Source: Terriglobia bacterium
GTDB taxonomy: Bacteria; Acidobacteriota; Polarisedimenticolia; Polarisedimenticolales; JAIQFR01
Length of the DNA: 64,000 bases
Direction of reading: 5' to 3'
Assembly: GCA_963748015.1 (NCBI GenBank)
Contig: CAVVHE010000008.1
Location: forward strand, 416,001-480,000
Positions 57,097 through 64,000 of the stretch are shown piece after piece; the stretch's first letter is position 1, and each line of letters starts with the position of its first letter. The translations under genes were made by a program, and so were the position numbers. Below the pieces are notes generated by a model that was given only the letters and a program-made list of their open reading frames with translations, made no database searches and had not been told where the DNA came from.

Positions 57097-60000
57097 TCAC
57101 TTCGCCCGGCGCGGCATCGAGACCGGCGCGCGCGCCTCGACCCGCAGGGGAATCCTGCCTTCGTTCGCCTTGGCCCCCACGCCGAGGGGGTACGCGGGCC
57201 CGAGCGGTCGCCGCGCCTCCACGGTGATCGAGAGAAGCGCGCCCGAACCCTGAAGCGGGCGCGTTCCGTACATCGCGCAGCGGATCGAGCCTCCGTCGTC
57301 TCTCTGAACGAGCTGCAGCTGCCCGCCGAGACCGGTCGCGTGGACCTCCACGATCGACAGGGAGCGGGCGTCGTAGCCGATCTGAAGATCGAGAGCCTCG
57401 ATCCCGTCCCCCTCGAGCACGCCCAGCGTCAGCTCGCGCCGCTCGCCCGCGGCGAGCGGCCCTCTCCACCCGCTCAGGACGAGCAGGGCCCCGCGGCTCC
57501 TCGGGCCGCCCGGGGGCATCTTCACGCCGGCGGCGCGAAGCCGCCCGGCCTCCAGCCGGTCCTTCTCGACGGCCTCCCGCTCCGGCGACGACGGCGCCCG
57601 GAGCGCCGCCGCCGGCGCCCAGTTGCCGGTGACGTCGCCGTAGAGCACCGCGTGGAAATCGTCGGTCACCGCCCCGCCCAGCAACGGGTGGATGTAGAGC
57701 GGCGCCGCGCAGTCCTGGCTGGACGCGTCGGTGTAGTGATCGCAGCGGAAGAACCTCCAGTCGGATCCGGTGGACTCCGCTACTTCGAAATGATTCCGAA
57801 GACGGACCGCGAACTGGGCGACCTGGGCGGCGTCGTAGGAGGTCACCTCCTGGTTTCCGGAGACGTCGGCCGCGATCCGCTGGTTGGCCGAGAGGGTCGA
57901 GAGGCCCACCGCCTGCCTGGCGATCATCGTCGCGTCGAACGAGGTGACGGCGTCGCGGAGGCCCGCGTCCTCCGGGTCCTCCCACCGCGGCATCGTCGAG
58001 AGGATGACCGGCCCGTAGAGGCTGCCGATCGCGTACCCGCCGTCCTGGCCGGTCGTCGCGTCCGCCGTCCCGTCCTGGCCGAGATCCGCGCGGACGCCGG
58101 GGACCGGTTTGCCGCTTGGCTCGGAGCCCGTCGCGGCATCGCGGTAGTAGCGGACGGCGCCCCCGATCCCGCAATTGCCGGTCGCGCCGTGGGCGCAGGC
58201 CCCGCCGGAACAGGCATCCGTCGAGCAGACGTCGCCGTCGTCGCAGGAGCGGGGAGGTCCGAGGCAGGCCCCGTTCAGGCACGTGTCCGCGACCGTGCAC
58301 CCGTCGCCGTCGTCGCACGCGAGCCCCTCCCGGAACGGCTGCGCGGCGCAGCTCACGGTCGAGGGAACGCAGACGCCGACGTTGCAGCCGTCGTCGAGCG
58401 CCGAGCAGTCGAGCGACGTCCCGCGGCACGCGGTGCCCGAGCACGCGTCGCCGAGCGTGCAGGGATCGCCGTCGTCGCAGGCGAGCCCCTGGCGGGTCGC
58501 GCGGGCCTCGCAGGCGCCCATCCCGTTGCACGCGCCCACCTGGCATGGGCCGTCGAGAACGGAGCAGTCGAGTCCGGCGCAGCGCAGCGCGTCGAAGCTC
58601 TGGGAGGCGGTGCCGCCGGAGAAGATGTTGGGGGACCCGAAGGTGCTCGAGGTGCCGTCGGCGTAGCTCGAGTACGGGGTCACGAACGGGGTCGGGTTCT
58701 CCTCGAGCTTGAAGATCTCGTCGTTGCCGACGCCGCTCACGGGGTTGATTCCCTCGCCCGAGGGCCCGAACACCACGGCCCCCGCGGCGTCCTTGATCGT
58801 GAGCTGCCAGTTGGTCTGGGTCACGTCGAAGTTGGCGGGGGTGATGTTCGCGCCGGTAGCCGCGCTCGAGGCGCGGACGTTGATCCACCAGTCGTCCGAG
58901 GCGGGGGCATAGCTCACGTCGTCGGCGAGATCCTCCGCGACCGTGATGATCGTCCCGCTGCGCAGGTCGGACCAGATGCCGGCGTTCGTGAGCGTGAGGG
59001 TCGTGATCGTCTGGCCCGCCCCGCCGGTGTCGTTGCTGATCACGAGCGAGTAGCCGCGCGCGTCGAGATGGTCGCGGGTGACCACGAGCTCGAACCAGTC
59101 GCCGCCGTTCCCGGCGACGATTCCCCAGTACGTGTCCCGCGCGCCGCCCTTGAGGAAATTCGCGGGGGTCACCGCGTTGTACTCGTTGAGGAGCATCGGA
59201 AGCGCCTGCGCGTCGTTCGCGGCCTCCGGCGTCACGTGGGAGAACGTGCGGCGGTCGGAGCTCCCGTCGGGGTACCGCCCGTACGACACGTTCGACGGCA
59301 GGGCGGGGTAGGCGAGCTCGTCGGCGAGGATGCCCGAAGCGGTGAACAGCGCCACCCGGCCGCCCGAGCCGCTCAGGCGGAACGGCGCGTGGCGAGGCCC
59401 CTCGGCCGGCTCGTTGTCCGCCCAGACGAGCAGCCAGCAACCCGCGCAGAGCGACGTCCCGGCCGGGACGACGAACTTCCCCGGCGCGGCGAGGTCGTCG
59501 GTCAGCGTCATGCCGCCGAGATCGGCCACCGCGGCCGAGGCGTTGTGGATTTCGATCCACGGGTCCCGGTCGCCGGCCTCGTCCCGGTTCAGGCTTGCAT
59601 TGACCGGCAGGACCTCGTTGAGGTACAGCCCCGGGAACGGGGGCATCGTGCCGGCCGCGCCGTTGGGCGCGCCGGGGGTGCCGCCTGCATCGGGGCTGGC
59701 GGCCCAGTTGGCCACCCAACCGTTTTCCTGGGCGGGGTCGATCAGCTCCAGCGACGACCCGCCACCGGCGGCCGGCGACGGCCACGGCGCCGACGGCGCG
59801 TAGGCGACGGAGGCGACGTCGCGGCCGCTCGCGTCGCGCAGGACGATCCGCTCTCCCTCGTTCGCCAGGCTCCCGCTGTATTGCGCCGCGACGAACTTCC
59901 CGCCGCCGTACTGCGCGCGGAACGCGACGTCGTTCTTCACCACCAGGACGTAGGCATGGGGAAGGATCACCGACCCGGCCGGGAGCGTGAGGCCGATTCC

Positions 60001-62202
60001 GTCGATTTGCCAGCCGGAGAGGTCCACCGACTCGCTCGCCGAGGGGTTGTACAACTCCAGGAACTCATGGTCCGAGCCGCCCGCCGGGTTATACATGATC
60101 TCGCTGATCGCGATCCGCGGCACGGCCGACTGGGCCTCGGGGATTTCCCCGGCGACGCGATGGGTCGTGAAGAGGTGCGTCCTGCGCACGCCAAAGTACA
60201 GGCTCTTCAGGTTGCCGACCGCCTCGTCGAGCGTCTGCGCCTGCCCGTACTGCCCCCACTTGGCCTTGTCCATCGCGGCCTCGGGAGCGATCTTGGGGAC
60301 GAGCCCGTCCACGATCGCCTCGTAGCGACCCGGCGCGAGCTGCGAGTCCATCAGCGTCCGGAGCCTCCGGTGGTACATCTCGAGGAAGTCCGGCTCGAGG
60401 TAGATCGCGTGGATCAGCTTGTTCCAGAGATAGTCGTACTTCTGGTGCGTGGCGTTGCCGAAGAGCGGATGGCTCGGCGAGACGTTGGTCCGGCCGGAGA
60501 TCACGTCCACGTCCGCCCAGATCGCGTCGTTCAGCACGCCGCCGCTGTTGTAGTTCCGCCCGAACGTGAGGTCCATGTCCCACGCGGCCATGAACCAGCG
60601 CCCGGTTCCCAGCGTGTCGCGGTACAGGATGTAGTTCTTCGCGACGTGGTCGTTGTCGTGGACGATGCTCTTCACCGCGAGGTAGTTGAGCATCAGCGGC
60701 AGGTTCACGTTGTCCAGCAGAAAGGCGCGCCGCGCCGGCTGGCTCGACTGGTTGATCCCGACGGTGAGCGCGTAGATGTCCGACCAGTCCTCGTAGCTGC
60801 GGGAGTCCTTCTCGTAGCGTCCCCGAGTGTTCGCCTCGCTGCCGCGGTCCGAGAGGTCGTCGTAGGCCTTGTACCTGGCGCCGTCCGGATCGAGCCCGTT
60901 GCGCTCGACCCAGTCCCGGTCGGGATCCTCGAGGAAGCCGTAGAGCCCGTAGAACTGCCCGTTCTGCTGGAGGCGGACCGGGAACGACTGGTTGGACGGA
61001 TGGCCGGCCTCCTTTAGCGTTCGGTACGACAGCAGCTCGCGCAGGTAGCTCTTGTCCCCGTAGCTGCTCTCGAGGTCGAAGTTGTCCACGGGGTTCGCGA
61101 TCAGGGCCGAGTCGAAGAACTCGTTCCCCTGCGGGAACTTGAACTTCCAGTGCGGCTTCGGCCAGCCCCGGGACGACTGGCCGCGAACGCGCACCTGGAT
61201 GTTGTCGTAGAGAACGCCGTTGTAGAAGAACACGGCGGGCTCGGTCTCGTCCGTGTACCGATGGGCCAGCGCCCGCTGGTAGGCCGCGGGGTCCATGAGC
61301 CAGTGGAAGATCGGCAGGGCCGAGGCGAGCGACGCGTCGGAGACCATCGTCCCGTCGTAGTTCACGGTGTCGTCCGCTCGAGGGTGCGACATCGTGCCGG
61401 TGGGACCGGTCGCCGAGATCCGGAACCGCACGAGGGTATTGAGCGGCTGGCCGGGGATCGCTGCCCCACAGACTCCGTCGCCGGCGGCGCCGTCGCCGCT
61501 CAGGCCGTCGTCGAGCATCGGGACGGTGGTCTCCGCGCCGAAATCGATCACGAAGGTGAAGGAGACGGAGGTGGCGTCCAGCACGCGGGCTGCGACCGCG
61601 ACCGGCTCGCCGGCGGCGGGGCTCGCGTTGAAGGCGACGTCCGAGATCCACGGCGGCAGTCCCGAGGTGCTCACGCTGTTCGCGGCGCCGGGGGTGGCGC
61701 CCGCCGCGGCGATCGAGGCACGCCAGTTGCGCGCCGTCGAGTTGTCCTGCGAGGGGTCGATGACCTCGAGCGAGGGGCCGACGCCGTCCGCCTTCGTGGG
61801 CCAGGGGGCCTTGTCGGAGTAGGTGACCTCGTCCACGACGGTGCTGGCCGCGTCGAGCAGCGCGATCCGCTCTCCGCTGTTGCCGAGCTGGCCGGTGTAG
61901 ACGTGATCGGCGGCCCGCCCGTACTTGGCCAGGAACCCGGCCGCGTCGCGCGCCAGCGCGAGGAACTGTCCCGGTGCGATGGACGCTCCCGCGGGGAAGC
62001 AGAAGCCGATCCCGTCCACGCACCATCCCGAAAGGTCCAGTGCTTCGCTACCGGGATTGTGGAGTTCGAGGAACTCCTCGCTCTCGAGCTCCGTCGTGGG
62101 GTGGTACATGATTTCGGTGATCACGACCCCCGCGGCGGCGGGCGCGGTGAGGAGCAGGGCAAGAAGGCACACGAAAACACGATGCCCGGTTCGGGTCGTC
62201 AT
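57097..62202 (-). CDS. Secreted 1,701-aa CotH-kinase protein. Architecture: lamin-tail, DDG-motif domain, CotH kinase, 2x lamin-tail, divergent lamin-tail-like domain, Cys repeats, dockerin-like cassette, terminal cohesin-like
   Basis: Signal peptide. Motifs VVITEIMYHP, VRVRGQSS...KPHWKFKF, YLRELLSY, NGQFYGLY...E, DNDHVAKNYILY, WDMDLTFG and ADVSGNQEVTSYDAAQVAQFAV. Confidence 0.9.
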   Translation of the reverse strand: MTTRTGHRVFVCLLALLLTAPAAAGVVITEIMYHPTTELESEEFLELHNPGSEALDLSGWCVDGIGFCFPAGASIAPGQFLALARDAAGFLAKYGRAADHVYTGQLGNSGERIALLDAASTVVDEVTYSDKAPWPTKADGVGPSLEVIDPSQDNSTARNWRASIAAAGATPGAANSVSTSGLPPWISDVAFNASPAAGEPVAVAARVLDATSVSFTFVIDFGAETTVPMLDDGLSGDGAAGDGVCGAAIPGQPLNTLVRFRISATGPTGTMSHPRADDTVNYDGTMVSDASLASALPIFHWLMDPAAYQRALAHRYTDETEPAVFFYNGVLYDNIQVRVRGQSSRGWPKPHWKFKFPQGNEFFDSALIANPVDNFDLESSYGDKSYLRELLSYRTLKEAGHPSNQSFPVRLQQNGQFYGLYGFLEDPDRDWVERNGLDPDGARYKAYDDLSDRGSEANTRGRYEKDSRSYEDWSDIYALTVGINQSSQPARRAFLLDNVNLPLMLNYLAVKSIVHDNDHVAKNYILYRDTLGTGRWFMAAWDMDLTFGRNYNSGGVLNDAIWADVDVISGRTNVSPSHPLFGNATHQKYDYLWNKLIHAIYLEPDFLEMYHRRLRTLMDSQLAPGRYEAIVDGLVPKIAPEAAMDKAKWGQYGQAQTLDEAVGNLKSLYFGVRRTHLFTTHRVAGEIPEAQSAVPRIAISEIMYNPAGGSDHEFLELYNPSASESVDLSGWQIDGIGLTLPAGSVILPHAYVLVVKNDVAFRAQYGGGKFVAAQYSGSLANEGERIVLRDASGRDVASVAYAPSAPWPSPAAGGGSSLELIDPAQENGWVANWAASPDAGGTPGAPNGAAGTMPPFPGLYLNEVLPVNASLNRDEAGDRDPWIEIHNASAAVADLGGMTLTDDLAAPGKFVVPAGTSLCAGCWLLVWADNEPAEGPRHAPFRLSGSGGRVALFTASGILADELAYPALPSNVSYGRYPDGSSDRRTFSHVTPEAANDAQALPMLLNEYNAVTPANFLKGGARDTYWGIVAGNGGDWFELVVTRDHLDARGYSLVISNDTGGAGQTITTLTLTNAGIWSDLRSGTIITVAEDLADDVSYAPASDDWWINVRASSAATGANITPANFDVTQTNWQLTIKDAAGAVVFGPSGEGINPVSGVGNDEIFKLEENPTPFVTPYSSYADGTSSTFGSPNIFSGGTASQSFDALRCAGLDCSVLDGPCQVGACNGMGACEARATRQGLACDDGDPCTLGDACSGTACRGTSLDCSALDDGCNVGVCVPSTVSCAAQPFREGLACDDGDGCTVADTCLNGACLGPPRSCDDGDVCSTDACSGGACAHGATGNCGIGGAVRYYRDAATGSEPSGKPVPGVRADLGQDGTADATTGQDGGYAIGSLYGPVILSTMPRWEDPEDAGLRDAVTSFDATMIARQAVGLSTLSANQRIAADVSGNQEVTSYDAAQVAQFAVRLRNHFEVAESTGSDWRFFRCDHYTDASSQDCAAPLYIHPLLGGAVTDDFHAVLYGDVTGNWAPAAALRAPSSPEREAVEKDRLEAGRLRAAGVKMPPGGPRSRGALLVLSGWRGPLAAGERRELTLGVLEGDGIEALDLQIGYDARSLSIVEVHATGLGGQLQLVQRDDGGSIRCAMYGTRPLQGSGALLSITVEARRPLGPAYPLGVGAKANEGRIPLRVEARAPVSMPRRAK

Positions 62203-62394
62203 GGCGACTCATACCCCCCGTAGCGGCGAGCTACGCGTGATGAAGGACCCGTTCTAAACCGTTGCGGCTACTTCTATATACCCCCAATCGCGTCGAGAAC
62301 GACCCCTCCGACCAACGATTTTTCCCGCTCCCGGCACGGGTTCTCGGTATATTCAACTGTAATCTGTAATCTCCAGCACCGGATCGGGGGTAGT

Positions 62395-63726
62395 GTGCGA
62401 CGATCCATCCTGGGCCTCGTCCTAGGGCTCCTGGCGGCTCTTCCGGCAGCGGCGGCCACGGTGACCCTCTGGAATCCCGCGCCGACCTCCACGGACCGGG
62501 GAGGGGGAAGCGGCCTCGAGGTCGTCGCCCCGATCCGCGTCAGCCCGGCCGACGGCGTCACCTCGATGGGCTTCGACTTCGCCTACGATCCGATCATCCT
62601 GGCCCCCCTGGGGGTTTATCGCACCCCCTTCACGCACGGGTTCTCGATCGCGTCGGACCTTTCCGTCCCGGGTCGGATCACCGTCGCCCTCGATGGGAGC
62701 GTTCCGCTCGCCGGCTCGGGGGATGTCGCCTGGATCGTGTTTCGCGTGAACGGGGCCTCCGGGACCTTCTCCGGCCTCTCCTGGATCTCGGCATCGCTGA
62801 ATGGAGGCGCCCTACCGGCCGTCGCCTCGGATGGCCGGATCGCCGTCATTGCGTCGGCCTCGGTGCTCTCGGTGCCGAGTGGGTCGCAGGGGTTGCCCGG
62901 CGCCCTGGTGAGCGTGCCGGTGTCCGCGCAGCCCGCGGACGGGGCGCTGGGGATCGACATTCGCCTCGTTTTCGATCCCAACGTCATCACGCCCACGACC
63001 GTGCAGCAGACGGCGCTGACCAGCGGGATGTTGCTGACCTTCAACCTCGCGAAGCCGGGCGAGGCGTTCGTTTCGCTGTTCCAGGATCAGCCGATCGTGG
63101 GATCCGGCCCGCTCGTGAACGTCGTGTTCCAGGTAGTCGGGGCCATCGGCGAGGGGACCCCGGTGAACGTCGTCCGGGGGGACATCAACGAGCAGCAGAT
63201 CTCGACGGTCCTCGGGGACGGCATCTTCACGGTCTGCAGTGGCGTGGACGCGGACGGGGACGGCTACAGCGGCTGTGCGGGAGACTGCGACGATTCGAGC
63301 AACGCGATCCACCCCGGCGCGGCGGAGATCTGCAACGGTCTCGACGACAACTGCAACCAGCTGGTGGATGAGGGGATCTCGGCGCCATCGGGAACGCCCA
63401 CGTTGTCGGCCGCGAAGGCCGGCGGCGCGCTCGTGCTTTCCTGGGCGCCGGTGCCGGCCGCCACGGGGCTCGATGTCGTGAAGGGGGACCTCGCCGCCCT
63501 CCGGGGGAGCGCGGGCGACTTCACGCAGGCGACCCGAGGTTGCCTGGGGAACGACGTTCCGGGAACGTCGGCTCAGGACGGCGAGGATCCCGCGGCCGAG
63601 GCCGGATTCTGGTACGTCGGCCGCGCCGTGAATTGCGGCGGTGCCGGTTCGTACGACTCCGGCGCGCCGAAGCAGAAGGCGAGCCGCGACGCGGCCATCG
63701 CGGCGTCGTCCTCCGCTTGCCCTTGA
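62395..63726 (+). CDS. Secreted 443-aa protein: 2x cohesin-like, MopE-related putative metal-binding Cys motif, C-terminal 'ACP' domain
   Basis: Signal peptide ending AAA. Cohesin-like motifs FDFAYDPIIL and IDIRLVFDPNVI. DADGDGY...DCDD...IHPGAAEICNGLDDNCN...VDEG motif. Tail W...DVVKGDL...CL...FWYVGRAVNCG...SACP. Confidence 0.88.
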   Translation: MRRSILGLVLGLLAALPAAAATVTLWNPAPTSTDRGGGSGLEVVAPIRVSPADGVTSMGFDFAYDPIILAPLGVYRTPFTHGFSIASDLSVPGRITVALDGSVPLAGSGDVAWIVFRVNGASGTFSGLSWISASLNGGALPAVASDGRIAVIASASVLSVPSGSQGLPGALVSVPVSAQPADGALGIDIRLVFDPNVITPTTVQQTALTSGMLLTFNLAKPGEAFVSLFQDQPIVGSGPLVNVVFQVVGAIGEGTPVNVVRGDINEQQISTVLGDGIFTVCSGVDADGDGYSGCAGDCDDSSNAIHPGAAEICNGLDDNCNQLVDEGISAPSGTPTLSAAKAGGALVLSWAPVPAATGLDVVKGDLAALRGSAGDFTQATRGCLGNDVPGTSAQDGEDPAAEAGFWYVGRAVNCGGAGSYDSGAPKQKASRDAAIAASSSACP

Positions 63727-63744
63727 GAAGAACCGTCTCCCGGC

Positions 63745-64000
63745 TCAGCTCTTGGGCCCCGCCAGTCCCATGCGCGCCAGCTCGGCGTCGATGACCTTCT
63801 GGAACTCCTCGAACGGCTTGGCGCCCGAGAGAAACTTCCCGTTGATGAAGAACGCCGGGGTCCCGGTCACGCCGATCGATTTCGCCTCGTTCGAGTCGGC
63901 GTCGATCTTGCCCTTGTAGCGCGCCGTGTCCATGCCGCTCTGGAAGCGGTTGACGTCGAGCCCCAGCTCGCGCGCGTAGCCGAGGAGCTGGTCGCGCTGC
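63745..64000 (-). CDS. DsbA/thioredoxin-domain protein, C-terminal part (start outside the window)
   Basis: LLGYARELGLDVNRF...GVTGTPAFFINGKFLSGAKPFEEFQKVIDAEL is the cis-Pro loop region typical of DsbA-like proteins. Confidence 0.85.
   Translation of the reverse strand, partial: QRDQLLGYARELGLDVNRFQSGMDTARYKGKIDADSNEAKSIGVTGTPAFFINGKFLSGAKPFEEFQKVIDAELARMGLAGPKS

Noticed and set aside
13421..62202. Multiheme cytochrome interpretation of the Cys-rich proteins
   Set aside because: The Cys spacing is CxxxxxC-type with no repeated CxxCH motifs.
62357..62370. CTGTAAT direct repeat in the divergent promoter region
   Set aside because: Only two 7-mers; too little evidence to call a binding site.
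13421..63726. True cellulosome
   Set aside because: No recognisable glycoside hydrolase, polysaccharide lyase or CBM3 catalytic set on the dockerin-bearing proteins. The short beta-helix at ~41080-42200 could not be assigned an activity.
1..64000. Diversity-generating retroelement, prophage or IS element
   Set aside because: No reverse transcriptase, integrase, transposase or phage genes, and repeat differences are not adenine-specific.

Overview
High-GC bacterial DNA. It looks like a long-read or metagenomic assembly because several single-base indels break otherwise clean genes. Positions 1-12.4 kb are an envelope/housekeeping block: GT2 and GT4 glycosyltransferases, a BNR/VPS10-type beta-propeller gene apparently fused to its upstream partner, an AhpC/TSA thioredoxin-fold protein, msrA, two GT-C (ArnT/PMT-like) membrane glycosyltransferases and an unannotated 44-aa membrane peptide. 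A 169-nt nested inverted-repeat element lies at 1271-1439. After a ~1 kb hairpin-rich intergenic region, 13.4-63.7 kb encodes a cluster of giant secreted, Cys/Asp-rich modular proteins. With the frameshifts joined, three co-oriented genes encode proteins of about 8,000, 2,840 and 3,190 aa and end at a strong terminator (55710-55745). These are followed by a small secreted protein, a 1,701-aa CotH-kinase protein and a 443-aa two-cohesin protein. The only catalytic domains I can recognise in the cluster are two CotH-family kinases and two calcineurin-like metallophosphoesterases. They sit among lamin-tail, DNRLRE, LamG, galactose-binding-like and Dictyostelium-type Cys repeats. Cohesin-like and dockerin-like modules are spread across five genes in a scaffold/adaptor/cargo pattern, and the two tandem-cohesin proteins share a C-terminal domain ending in ACP. 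Best hypothesis (inference): a non-cellulolytic, cellulosome-like extracellular kinase/phosphatase scaffold with a possible dedicated sorting domain. All domain calls come from motif recognition by eye, not HMM searches.
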